Origin: Paraspadella gotoi
Taxonomy: Eukaryota; Animalia; Chaetognatha
Direction: 5' to 3'
Length of the DNA stretch: 64,000 nt
Assembly: GCA_051294375.1 (NCBI GenBank)
Contig: CM119270.1
Span: 15,809,845-15,873,844, forward strand
Of this stretch, positions 12,631 to 62,259 are shown one piece after another. Every line of letters begins with the position of its first letter. Position 1 is the stretch's first letter. Position numbers and translations under genes: made by a program. The notes under the pieces are model-generated. The model had not been told where the DNA came from. It made no database searches and saw only the letters and a program-made list of their open reading frames with translations.

Positions 12631-14873
12631 AGACGAGAGAGAGCGAGAGAGAGAGAGAGTTATTCCAAGGTCGAGCGAGGTAAATACCGAAAGTTGCAAC
12701 TTTCCTTCCTCGGCTAAAAAGAAAATTCAGAAAACGTAGATTGAAAAATCTAAGAGAGAGAGAGCAGAGAGAGAGAGAGAAGAGGAGGAGGAGAGAACGA
12801 GAGAGAGAGAGAGAAGAGAGAGAGGAGAGAGAGAGAGAGAGAGAAGGGAGAGAAAGGATCGGCTAGAAGATTTCACATAAACCCACGAACCTTCATAGTC
12901 TCACATCTTTCACTGATTTCCTTTATTTCACATTTTCTTTCTTTCGTTGCCATCACGACGTCAAAAAAAACAACGACGACGACAACGACTACTTAAACTC
13001 ACCACCAACCGTCCTGTCCGTGGGCATGGACGCCCTGCATGAACCGCTGGCGGGAGGATCCCGCAAGTCGCGAAGGCACCCGAGACTGTCATGACGGCGG
13101 GCGAGGCGTTGATGAGTACGACCGAGGTGAGGCGTGACAGCGTAGAAGGTCTCTTGCCACGGGTCCGTATCCATGGTAACCGAAGACGGAGGTGGAGGCG
13201 AAGAGAAGGCGCCATGAAGAGGGAGGGGGTCAAGATGCGGGTCTGTGGAGGAGGGGTGTGGGTTGAGAATGAAGGGTGGGGTAGAGGGGGAGCGTGGGTT
13301 GGAGAGTGGAGGGGTGTGGGAAGAGTAACACCAGAATGGCTGGCGAGAAGGAAAACGGAAGGGACTGACGGACGGATTTTAAAGGAGAAACAGAACAACA
13401 GACGGACAGGAAGAATTTAACATTTCGACACTGAGCCAGAATATACAGACTGACAGACTCAGACTCGAAACGTAGGTTTGAACTTTGACTGCACATTAAT
13501 ATAAAAAATGCTTGAGTATATGACTTTTTCTATTTTCTTAGATCGTTAAACACATTTTATCTACATACTACATCAGGCAATAAAAATTACCAGCAAGCTC
13601 GTAGAAACGCGTAAAATTTAAAAACTTTTAGAACTAAAATCAAAAATATAAAGTAATAAAACTTAAACGGAGCTTACAAATTCCTAATCAACGGCGAGAG
13701 ACCCGACGCACTTTTTCCCCCAATCTCTCTGCAACCTTCCGCCGACACACCGTCAGCACGACGACAGCAGCAGGAACATACACGGGTTGGGTGCCACGAA
13801 GGGCGGCGATGCCATCGAGGGCTTGGAAACTCTGCTGGAGTCCGCGTGCTGGACCGGGTTGGTGATGTTGTTGGAACTTAATCATCCATAACTCGTCAGC
13901 GGATGAAAAAGTCCAGGGGAGGAGAGAACAGAGGCGAGAAAGAGACAGGGAGAGGTAGAACGGCGTTGTACCGGTCCTGTAGCGTGGGAGGGAGGGGAGA
14001 AGGGAGGGGAAGAGAAGGAGGGAAAGGGACCAAGGAGGTAGGAAGGGAAAATAGAAGTAAAGTAAAGAGAGGAAATATCGGAAGGAGGAAGATGAGAAGG
14101 CAATGAAAAGAGATACAGAGGGAAGTGAGGGGAATAGAAAAGAATAAGGGCGGAAGTATATAAACAAATAGTTTAGACCGTTTTACTTGGAATAATCCGG
14201 AGAAGCAAACGATTGTAAATCAAACATTCCGGAAATTCCTTGTTTTATGATCGATTGCAATCTGCCTAATTTGTCTACCTGGGCAGTTATTCTAGTACGT
14301 TGGCTCTCGGTCTCAGCCCCGCGGCGCCGCACGTGCAATGCAACGAAAAACGAAAATCTCAGTCGGTGCGAGATTCACCTTGACGGCCGTCTGTCCGCTG
14401 ACTCAGTATACATCCGATTACACTTTTTTATATTTAATCTGCATACCTTAAGGATCCTCAGGTACCCCTCCCTGTCTTTACCCTGCGGACCCCATTCCAG
14501 CGACGCTGTATTTGTGGCGCGAAGGGGGTTCTTCAAGAAGGGAGGCTCGGCGCCTCTGCTGAGCGGGCGTAAGTCCCGTCCGCGCATGCAGGGTCGCGGG
14601 CCCCGGGGAAGTCTCCCCAAAGCTGGAGGAAGCGGCCGCGAACGACGGACGTCGACGACGCATATCTTGGGACTTACTCAGGCCGGACCGTCTCTCCTCT
14701 TCGTACGAAGTTTCCTCCAGGGAAAGAGGGCGTTCGTCGTAGAGAGGGAAGATCGTCGTAGGGACGAAGACGCCGAGCGACGAATGACGAGGAATCGTCC
14801 GCGAGTTGCGTCGTCGCGTTATCGTCGTCGCGTTCGTGCCCCAAGCGGAGAGGAAGTCGAACGAAGAAGCCAT
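9280..14873 (-). CDS. SLC29A: Equilibrative nucleoside transporter (SLC29/ENT family), gene span; 7 coding exons, frameshifted in this assembly
   Basis: Reading across indels gives ENT hallmark motifs in the correct order: DRYNAV..LCSLLPW (TM1), MDTDPWQETFYAVT..VVLINA, ATFGYF, ITLFITLTVFPG, SFNFGRMLGRSL, LCNVQ..DAYPI, VFSLTNGYLAS..MMFGPK..AEMAGSLMAFFFGCGL (TM10-11). Boundaries are GT-AG. The subtype (ENT1/2/3-like) is not resolved. Confidence 0.92.
9589..9920 (-). CDS. SLC29A: ENT coding exon 6 (end of TM7 to TM9/10)
   Basis: AAACCAG|TGTGTTCCCCGGG (VFPG), DDNPYVKFFTP, SFNFGRMLGRSL, CNVQDAETRR, DAYPIGIV. The 3' boundary is approximate. Confidence 0.85.
10182..10231 (-). CDS. SLC29A: ENT coding exon 5 (start of TM7)
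   Basis: TCTGCAG|CATCGCTCC...CTCTTCATCACTTTGTTCATCACTCTCAC|GTGAGT encodes LFITLFITLT and joins VFPG in phase 2. Confidence 0.8.
10440..10652 (-). mobile_element. tRNA-derived SINE-like element inside an ENT intron
   Basis: Minus strand reads TGGCTTGGACAGC (A-box-like), loop CTCCAAC, GGGTTCAATCCC (B box), followed by a ~130 nt GC-richer body. Confidence 0.5.
10762..11182 (-). CDS. SLC29A: ENT coding exon 4 (TM5-TM6 and acidic cytoplasmic loop)
   Basis: CCCATAG| acceptor; YATFGYFV; Glu-rich loop; MKLDRLRNLLK|GTAAGT. Heavily indel-affected. Confidence 0.75.
11205..11610. repeat. Compound microsatellite (TAAA)n/(TGAA)n/(GAAA)n
   Basis: Direct inspection. Confidence 0.9.
13003..13242 (-). CDS. 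SLC29A: ENT coding exon 3 (TM3 to start of TM5)
   Basis: CCACAG|ACCCGCATCTTG (TRIL), FASTSVF, MDTDPWQETFYAVT, TSVVLINA, RFMQG, VG|GTGAGT. Confidence 0.88.
13736..13976 (-). CDS. SLC29A: ENT coding exon 2 (TM1, extracellular loop, TM2)
   Basis: CTACAG|GAC CGG TAC AAC GCC GTT (DRYNAV), LCSLLPW, WMIKF, NIT sequon, LQQSFQA..GIAA. The 3' boundary is approximate. Confidence 0.85.
14447..14873 (-). CDS. SLC29A: ENT probable first coding exon (long cytoplasmic N-terminus)
   Basis: CCATGG start (MASSFDFLSAW...) and a long GC-rich open frame. Donor AAG|GTATGC at 14446 gives ..PEDPK|DRY after indel correction. A strong acceptor TTTTATTTTCAG at 15069 suggests the exon begins at 15068. Confidence 0.6.
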
Positions 14874-14904
14874 GGAGAGAGAGAGAAAGAGAGAGAGAGA
14901 GAAG

Positions 14905-14969
<65 letters not shown>

Positions 14970-16059
14970 TTCTCTAGCGCTCTTTTTAAGTAGGACGTCG
15001 TTCAACTTGAGGCGAAAATCGAATTAGAAGAAAATTTTCCTATTTTTTTTTAGCTTGGGTTTTTCAATCTGAAAATAAAAAAGGGAAGATTTCATATAAA
15101 AAAGACAAAATAGAAAAAGTATTCGCAGCTTGAATTGTATTTAACGGTTTATTAAAAAGTGGAGTTTTTCATGCATTAGTTTTTAATGAATTCCAATAAT
15201 CTGGTTTAACGATCGAGCCTGTACGAAAATCACTCGAGCACGAGTCGGGCTTTATAAAAAAAATTCTAAATTTTTAGTCAAAAAATAGAAATAAAAATAA
15301 ATAAAAATTATAAATTTCTAGTCCAAATATTTTTGATTATCACTTTCGAAATATTTAAAATAAAAAAAAGAAACGTTCCGTTTGTTCCGGAGAATAAAAA
15401 TGTCGATTACGAGGTCACCCGGTTTTTGTGAGATTAAAGTCTGTTTCCCGGATCAGGGATCAGAGTGACGTCAAATACGAGATAACGACGACGACGACGA
15501 CACGACAATACATTCACGACTTCAATACGTAAAGTCGCAGCCGATCTTGTTAGACTGATGACCACGACGCAGCGAAAAGAAAAGACAATGGGCACAATAA
15601 GTTCGATACAGACGACGAGACGACGTACACCCAAGACGAACTCATCAACATCAAAATTACTTGAGACGACTAGATAGCAGATCAAACGCACTAATAACAA
15701 AGGAGCGATGAACGAATCAATGAATGAACGAAAGAACCAATGAACGAAGGAACGAACGAACGAACATAAGAGAACTAACGCGAAACAACTAAAACTAAAA
15801 GGTCGTTAAAAAGTCGTAAAGGATTCGCGGGTCAAATCTGCGACGAATACTTCTCCCGCTTAGGCAGAGAAAGAAGAGGAATGTGAGGAAATACAATCAT
15901 TTTGTTATGTTAGCAATAGATAGATATATATGCTGTGTTGAATCGTTTTAATCTATTTTTAAATATCAGATCGTTCGAATTGGATTCATTTGACAATCTT
16001 CTTCTTTTTGTTCTCCTATGAAATATTTTTATTTTCTAATTTCCTTTTCCCTGTGTAAT

Positions 16060-16221
16060 TTATTCTTTTCTTTTTTTCTTTGTCTTTTTTTTTTTTCTTT
16101 TGTTTTCTTTTCTTTCTTTTCTTTTCTTTTTCTTTTCTTTTCTTTTCTTTTCTTTTCTTTTCCTTTTCTTTTCTTTTTTTTTTCTTTTCTTTTCTTTTCT
16201 TTTCTTTTTTTCTTTTCTTTC

Positions 16222-16255
<34 letters not shown>

Positions 16256-16268
16256 CTTTTCTTTTCTT
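16060..16268. repeat. (TTTTC)n-type microsatellite
   Basis: Direct inspection. Confidence 0.9.
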
Positions 16269-16336
16269 TGGAGAGATTGTTAGCGTCGTCGATGGGAACT
16301 GGTTTTTACGAGGAAACTGGGATTCGGAGAAAGAGG

Positions 16337-16368
<32 letters not shown>

Positions 16369-16427
16369 ATGGAAAACGTGATTAGAGAACACGAATTTTG
16401 ACCACCGTGACTCCAGAATGTTGCCTG

Positions 16428-16508
<81 letters not shown>

Positions 16509-16799
16509 GTTCAGGTGGAGCTGAATTCTCGGTTCCAAGAAACCGAATGAGTGACACCAACGAATGAGGCCAGAGAGTTTCTTTTAGTTCTTTTGTTTGT
16601 TTTTTTTTTTGGTTTATTTGTTTTTTTTGTCTCAAACGAGAAAGCTTTTAGTTAGTGTAATCCTAGTTCCTTAACTTCTTCAGCCTAGGATATTTTTCTT
16701 CCTATCTTTTAGATGTAAATTTACTCATAGTTTTGTTTTTAACTTAATTAATTTTTCATTAATACGCTGATCATCGATTACACAGCACGTAGCCAAAGT

Positions 16800-17115
16800 T
16801 ATCGTCGTCCTTGTTCTTCGTTGATGTCATCGTCATCGTTGTTATCATCGTCATTAACAACGTTATCGTTGTTATCATCGTCATTACACGTCATCGTGTT
16901 ATCATCGTCATTAACATCGTCATCGCTTGTTATCATGTCATTAACATCGTCATCGTTGTTATCATCGTCATTAACATCGTCATCGTTGTTATCATCGTCG
17001 ATTAACACCGTCATCGTTGTTATCCATCGTCATTACATCGTCATCGTTGNNNNNNNNNNNNNNNNNNNNNNNNNTTATCATCGTCATTAACATCGTCATC
17101 GTCATAGTCGTCATC
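16800..17115. repeat. ~30-bp minisatellite (ATCGTCATCGTTGTTATCATCGTCATTAAC)n spanning a 25-N gap
   Basis: Repeating unit visible on both sides of the gap at 17050-17074. Confidence 0.85.
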
Positions 17116-18024
17116 GCCAATACGACCGCCAAACCAAAACTTACCCTCTCGATTTCGGCCGCAACGTCGATTCATTTTTAACCCGTCGATATTTTTCCGT
17201 CGTACATCGAAAACGGTTCGAGGGGATTTTCTCGGTTTTAGACAAGAATTTCGTAATTAACGAGGATTTTTGACATTTTAAGCAAAACCCGTTTTAGCGA
17301 AAGATTAGTTACCCCAAAGAATGCGATTGTCCGTTATAAAAATTAATTTGTATAATACTGTAATTCTTCAAATAATACGGTCTTTTCTTACAAAATATTT
17401 TGAAAATACGCAGTTCATGATCTTGATGAAAACGTCCGAGCGCCAGGAAAAAAGAAGAATTTTGGAGGAAGACTCGTTGGGCATCCGAAAAAAAAGAAAG
17501 AAAGAGATAGACTTGGTCGGGCAACAAAAGAAAAATTTGGGTCGGCGGATTGCCCGAACCAAGTGTCTGGGTGTCGCGTTGCCGGGCAGAAGAGGAAAAG
17601 AAAGAAATAAGAAAAGTCGGTCCGAAAAAAACAACGAAGGAAGAGCGACGAAGGTTGACGTTGTTTTAGTTGTTGTTGCCCGAAAAGTCGAACAGTCAGG
17701 TGGACGAGAGTGGTCAGTGGTCAGGCCAAGCCGATCCTCATCTCAAATTGAACCAGGCCAAATTTGGTGGCAGATCGACGGAACCCTCGTGGTTTCCGCC
17801 TGCTGGACGAGGGAAAAAGAAAAAAAAAACTATCACGAGGAAATATCGTCGCTGCGGCTGCGGCGGCGGCTGCTGCTGCTGCGGCTTCCATCTCGAGAAC
17901 CCTGAAGTGAAAACAAAACGTGTCGTTGTTGTTGTCGTTGAGGATCAAAATGGTTAAAGACTCGGATCAGATTCGTGGTGTATTTTTTTCAATTGGGAAG
18001 AAACGTAATTGAGTGACTCAATTG

Positions 18025-18061
<37 letters not shown>

Positions 18062-19534
18062 CTCTCTCTCTCTCTCTCCTCTCTGCTCTTCTCTCTCTCT
18101 CTCTCTCTCTCTCCGCTCTCTCATCTCTCATTAAAACATTGGCTTTTCTCGGTCAAATACCACCAAAATAATTTACCAACTGTTCGCATTCCGAACGGCG
18201 CGCCGACCCAATAGTAATTAAACCTTTAACTATACAATCAAAGAATGAATCCAAATCTTTCAAAATCTTTCCAAAGTTTTTTTTTTAGTATTTATCGTAA
18301 TTATTACAATCTTTGCCACGTAAAATTTTACAAATGAAACGAAACGTGTCCGCAAAACGAAAGCGAGGCGGTTGCAGTGAAACTTATAGAAAGGGCAAAT
18401 TATTTAACAATGTCTCAAGGACGAAGGGTTAACGAGGTCATTCGCTATTCTTCGCCACTCACCGTCGATGATCTCACGATGCCATCGATCGATTGCCAAT
18501 TACCACTCTTTGAAACCCCTGATCCGTGACCACCTCTCGCCGCCTACGATTTAAATCGAAACCCGATGCTTGTATTGGTGGGCATTGGTCAAACAAGAAA
18601 CAAGGCGGGAGAGAGCTGCTGGCGAAGAGTTACTGACATTTTCGAGAGATCAAGAGGTCCCTGGCAACGAGAAAGATTTCCTAAAATTAATTCACGAATC
18701 GCGAATTTGCGTAAAACTTCACTTACCTTTTCGCGTGATGGTCCAGCTGAATTTCAAAATTTCTTTCTTTTTTTTTTTCAAAATCTGAACGAAAACAACA
18801 TCGAATGAAACGAGAAGGGACACGTCATAGAGGTGTAACCGAAAACTCTATATTCTTTTGTTATTACTCCGGGAACAGAGGAGAAAAGTTATATCGCGTC
18901 GAAAGATGTCGTTTTCTGAAGACAAAATGACATCGTTTTAGCCAGAAAGTATTTCTTTTTATAGATGATTTAAAAGAGCATCATTAAATCATTTCGAAAC
19001 AATAAGTTTAATAAGTTTAATAACAATATGTTTATTAAGGATTGCACAAAAAAAAGCAGCTACACAGAATGACTAACTTGTTTGATGATTTTTGTTTTAA
19101 TATCAGATATTCTGTAAAGTCTCAGCGTAAAGTAGTAGTAATATTTATAACTGATCTCTATTTTTAACCTAAATTAACAAACCTAAATTAACAAACTCGA
19201 ACTTGAACGAACTTGTTTCTCCCAAGATTTTTAGCGTAAACAAGAAACGGTCAACATTGGGCGAACCCTTTGCCTCGAACCCGCGACCTTCCTTCGACCT
19301 GAAACGATCTCTGCCTCTTTTTCTCTTTATTTTATTTTCTCATTAATTTCCTTCTTTTTCTTGCCTGTTAACCCCTTTTTTCATTCCCCCCGTCCTTTTC
19401 TTCTTTTCTTTCACTTTCTGTTATCTTTTAAGCTTTCTTTTATTTATTCTGGAACAATTTTCAAAAATCTTTAATCGATTTTTTAATCCTTCTTTCCCCA
19501 TCACTTTTCTTCTCTCTCTATCTTTGTCCAAATC

Positions 19535-20540
19535 TTCCTCCTTCTTCCTCCATCTCCCTTCCTCCCTATTTCTTTCTCCATCTCTTCTCTTCCCCTGCTT
19601 TTCCTCCCTCTCCCTTTCTTTTCTCCCTATCTCTTTTTCTCTTTTCTTTCTCCTTCTTCCTCCATCTCCCTTTCTCCCTTTCTTTTCTTTTCTCCCTATC
19701 TTCTTTTCTCTTCTCTTCCTCCTTCTTCCTCCATCTCCCTTCCTCCCTATCTCTTTCTCCATCTCTTCTCTTCCCTTGCTTCTCCTCCCTCTCCCTTTCT
19801 TTTCTTTTCTCCCTATCTCCTTTTCTCTTTTCTTCCTCCTTCTTCCTCCATCCCCCTTTTTCCCTATCACTTTCTCCATCTCTTCTCCTCCCTTGCTTTT
19901 CCTCCCTGTCCTTTTCTTTTCTTTTCTCCCTATCCCCTTTTCTCTTCTCTTCCTTCTTCTTCCTCCATCTTCCTTCCTCTCTATCTCTTTCTCCATCTCC
20001 TCTCTTCCCTTGCTTTTCCTCCCTCTCCCTTTCTTTTCTTTTCTCCCTATCTCTTTTTCTCTTTTCTTCCTCCTTCTTCCTCCATCTCCCTTCCTCCCTA
20101 TCACTTTCTCCATCTCTTCTCTTCCCTTGCTTTTCCTCCCTGTCCTTTTCTTTTCTTTTCTCCCTATCCCCTTTTCTCTTCTCTTCCTCTTTCTTCCTCC
20201 ATCTCCCTTCCTCTCTATCTCTTTCTCCATCTCTTCTCTTCCCTTGCTTTTCCTCCCTCTCCTTTTCTTTTCTTTTTTCCCTATCTCCTTTCCTCTTTTC
20301 TTCCTCCTTCTTCCTCCATCTCCCTTCCTCCCTATCACTTTCTCCATCTCTTCTCTTCCCTTGCTTTTCCTCCCTGTCCTTTTCTTTTCTTTTCTCCCTA
20401 TCCCCTTTTCTCTTCTCTTCCTCTTTCTTCCTCCATCTCCCTTCCTCTCTATCTCTTTCTCCATCTCTTCTCTTCCCTTGCTTCTCCTCCCTCTCCCTTT
20501 CTTTTCTTTTCTCCCTATCTCCTTTTCTCTTCTCTTCCTC
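19535..20540. repeat. Polypyrimidine minisatellite, 117-bp unit with alternating A/B variants (234-bp higher-order period)
   Basis: The 39-codon periodicity in the ORF track alternates EKEIERKGDGGRKRK and EKVIGRKGDGGRRRK variants. Confidence 0.9.
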
Positions 20541-21902
20541 CTGATGCCTCCTACTCTTCCTTCTCTTTGCTGTTTGTCTTGCATCATGTTCATTTTTCAT
20601 CTCTCTTCCTCCTCCTCTTCTTCCTCCTCTCTCTGTCCCACTCTCTCTCTTTCTCATCTGCTCTCTCACCTGCTTCCCACTTCCTTCCTCTGCTCCCGCG
20701 ATCTCGGGATTTCCACTTTCGATCGAAACGAGTTCTGATCCGAGGAACCGAAATCGCCGATTGATGACAAAAATGAGGCAGTCATCGCAGAAACACTCTC
20801 TTCTCTCTCTTCTCTCTTCTCCCGCGTCTCGTCTCTCTCTCGTCTCTCTCTCTCTCTCTCTCTCTCTCCTTTCGATCTCTCCCTGTCTCGGGCGTCCTCC
20901 GCTTCCACCGCGCCGCTCCGCGCGTTGGTCGCCAAGGCGCGCGTCCTTCGTTTCAAGAAATCTCGCGCGCGTCCTCAGATTCTCAAGGGAATCGCGATTC
21001 GGGCGGAACGAAACAAACAACAAAAAAAAAAAAAACGAAAACAAATACAAAAAAAAACACACAACAGTCTTCAACTAATCAATTATGGGGAAAGCCGTAC
21101 GTGAAAATGAAATACGACGCCAGTTGAATACGAGAGCTTTTCGCTCGGCGAAACTGCACTGTATAAAACCAAAACAGTTTTTAACGGGAATAAAAAGAAA
21201 AACATGCCGTAGGAAAACCAAGACAAAAAAAAACGATAAACGGATTTTAAAAAATGGAAGCGATCGTCGTCGGAAGCAAAGACATAGACTCGCTAAAAAA
21301 AAATATATATATATATAACACCCCCCTAAAAAAAAAAAAAAAAAACTGAACACACATTTCCGGAGTGCGAGATTTATGCGCTCGGCGATTTTCCGGCACG
21401 TCCGTTTCTACTCGAGTCAATCGGGACCAATTATCACCATATTCGCCATATCGCTTTCGATCCGGAGTCAAACGACGACGACGACGACGCCTCGACGATC
21501 TCAGATCAAGCCACGCCCAATTTTTTTTAGATCCGCTTCGATACGGCGAAACGGTCTGCTTTGAAAACATAATGAAAACTGGTTAAATTTATCCTTTCCC
21601 CCCCCCTTACTTACCGAGTTGATAATTTAGAAAACAAAAACGATTTGAAATGAATCCCCGTGTATCGTCAAAAGTCGCCCGGGTGCGGTCGACGGAAAAT
21701 AACTCTGTATTCTTCGACGCGTGACGCATTCTCGTAAATCTCTCTCCGCTCGACAAGCGTAATAACTCGGCGAGTCGTTAAGAGACGCTAAATCGGCGTC
21801 GCTCTTTAAATACAGCGAAAACGCGTTTACGTCGGGATTATTATTATCGCCGTTGGCCAAAGTACAGTGGACGCCGTTTGAGAGCCGGTTCATTTGTCGA
21901 GG

Positions 21903-59064
<37,162 letters not shown>

Positions 59065-61142
59065 GTTGGACTCTTCTTCTTCTTCTTCTTTGTTGTTGTT
59101 ATTTGTTGTTGTTGTTATTATTATTGTTTTAGTTATTGTTGTCGTTGTTGTTGAGAAAAGTTGTCGAGGTTCTTTCTTTATCTTTTTTTTTTTGCCCGTT
59201 CTTTTTCTGTCGATTTAAGTTGTGAAAAAAAAAACAGACAAAGAACCAGAAACGTGAAAGCGTAAGAAAAAAACCTTTTTGTCGTTGCTGTTGTTGTCGT
59301 CGTCTTTGTTTTCCCGTCGGGGTTTGCGACATTTCTAAGATGAAGAAAAAGTGACGATAAAAAACTTAAGGAAATTTAAAAAAAAAAAGAATAAAAAAGA
59401 GTAAAATGTTCCCCCCATTCTCTTTGGAAGTCAAATCTAAAAAAAAAAAAGAGAAAAAAACTGAAAGATTTACTGAAAAAATTTTATGGATTAAAACTTA
59501 AAAGAAAATTAAATTTAGTTAAAAAAATGTTACTAAGCGAAAAAAAAGGAAAGCAGACGCCAGGAAACTTCGCGCCTGGACCAATTTTTCTTTTTTTTAA
59601 TTAGACTACTATTTAATTAAATGAGAAATAAGTTGAAAGAGTAAATTAATGTACGGAATGGGTTTGTATTTTCGATGCAATGTTTTATTAGCGCATCTAT
59701 GTGTGTGTAGTTGTCATCGTTTGGTGATTAACTTATTTCTTTATCGGGAATTTAAGTTAGTGTTACAACAAACATTGCTGTCATTTCGTTGTAGTTGTTG
59801 TTGCTGCAAGACGGCTTATAATTATATGTTTTAGTTCACACGATTATTTTTTGTTTTTATTTTTTTGGTCGGAGAGGGGAACGAGTCAGGGACAACCACG
59901 GACGACGACGACGNNNNNNNNNNCGACGACGACGTGATTTCTTGTCTTTCCCTTCGGCGCGTGAGCCGAGTTCCTAAATAAATCAAGACTGGATCACGTG
60001 ATCACGATTGAATTACGACGTGGAATCCGAGGATGGAATAATTTTTTTCGCGATGGAATTAAAACGATGAATCGAGAGAAGGATTTAAACAGAAGCCAAG
60101 ATTTTTTAGGCGGAAGATTTGGCTTGTTAAAAATCTGAATTAGAGGAAATAAATCTGAACGAGAGGAAATAAATCTGAATGAGAAGAAGGAAATCTTTAT
60201 GAGAGGAAAAAGAAAAGATTTATTCCAGAAACGAGTAGATTTGACGGAAGAAAGAATCGGGAAAAACTTCGCAATGACGATGGAATCGAAAATTTAATCA
60301 CAATAAGAAACCGAAATCTAATAAGAATAAATCTGTAGGACAAAATAACTTATAGAATCAGGAGGAGTCACGCGAAAGTCGAGAATGTGAATCGTGACGG
60401 TGAATCGTGACGGTGAATCGAAAGGCGTGAACCTGCAACTCGGGAATCCTTCACCAATGAATTCAATTATCCTTTTTTTTTTTTTTTTTGCTGTGACACG
60501 AAAAATTTGATGTTACGAATAATTTTTTATTGAATGCCATAAAAAGTTGATTTTTTAGTTTCTAATTAAAACTTGCGCAGGCCATCCAGTGAGCTTTGGA
60601 AGTCACCCTTTGAGAGAGATCACTGTCGCTGTGAATTTCACGCCGTTCCCGTTCGACATCATTAAATCACTTCCGTCAGAGATCTAATGATTTAATATTT
60701 TATCTAATGATCTAATGATCGAATGATCGAATGATCTAATGAACTAATGATCTAATGATCACTCTTTAACAAAATAATTCTATTAGTCGCAAAGTCGAAA
60801 GAGGTTCTCCCGATTCAAAGATTCAAAGATACACGAAGTAATATGATATTATATAATAAAATATATGATATATTATATACAATATACAATATGTGTATAA
60901 TTATAAAGAGAAAAAATGTTAGCGAACGAAAAAGATTAAAAGATTTAGTTTCGTTTCGCGTTGAGCCAACTTAAATGGAATAGTTAAAAGAAAAGTAAAA
61001 CCTGGGCCGCATCTCCCCTTTAGTCTTTATCGCCACAATTTTTTTCTTCTTTTCTTTTTTCCTCCTTTTTTGTTGTTATTTTGCCTGGAGCCAGAAACTT
61101 TGCTTCAGTTGGCGTCTCTGTGTGTTTATGCGCCTTTTTATC

Positions 61143-61227
<85 letters not shown>

Positions 61228-62259
61228 TCCTCTATTTCCTATCTTCCTCTTCTTTTTTTTTCTTTTGTGTTATTCATCTCTTTCCTCCCTCTCTTTCTTT
61301 CTGCTCACCTGTATGTTTACCCTCTTCTACTTTCTTTCTCTCTCTCTTTCTCTGTCTCTCTCTCTCTCTCCTCCTTTCCTCTTCCTAGATTTCCTTCCCC
61401 GACAATTTCGCATTTGTTTGTTTACTTCGTTTGTTTTGTTTTGTTTTCTGTTTGCTTTTCCTCAAAGTCGAGTAGACGGGTCCGCCCGAAATAAAAAAAA
61501 AAGGTAAATTAAATATAGGCGCCTTTTGTTTATTTATTTGCTTAAATTTAAAAGCGGTTTTCTCCCCTTTTAAACGACTTTATTACCCACCTCCCCAACT
61601 ATTTTTTTTATTCCCGGCTTCATACGATTATGATTTCAAAATTCAATTTCGAATAATTGTTTTTAACGCGATTCAACCATGGCAATTAGCGTTTGCTGCC
61701 AGAAATGGCAATCGTTATTGCAACCAACGTCTAAATGTTCCGCTCAAGCGCATCGAGCGTTGAATGTTTCGTTGCACGAACTGAGTTTACGTCAGAAATG
61801 AATTGATCGCGAGCCTTTGACTCGGGACCGTAACCATGGAAACAATTAAAAGGCAATCCAATTGTTGTTCGATGCTTACAAGCAAAGAAGTGTTAGCCGC
61901 TTACGTCAATAAAATCTCAAGACTGCAGAAGCAGTAAGAGCTCATTTTGTCGACTGATATTGGAAACTCAAAATGAGAAAATCGAGAAAATTAATTAATT
62001 TTGAAAGAAAAAGTCTGGTGAAAAAAAAAACTGAATGCAAAAAACAAAAAGAAATAAAAGGATTGAAAAAGAGAAAAAATTAAACAAATTAACAAACTAG
62101 TATTATGAAATTGGTACAACCAATACAAAAATTATCCATTCATTTCAGTTAAAGAATAAAATTATAATAAAAATATGTTTAATCTGCTGCTACTGGTTTT
62201 TTCTGAAAGGGATTTAAAAATTTTAAAAACCTCGTCATCTCTTTCCCCCCCCCATGCTT

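Noticed and set aside
14247-14993. 248-aa plus-strand ORF
   Set aside because: Antisense shadow of the GC-rich ENT exon plus a (GA)n tract.
19421-21074. Long ORFs of 390, 404 and 502 aa
   Set aside because: Translations of a stop-poor purine/pyrimidine minisatellite that is open in several frames at once.
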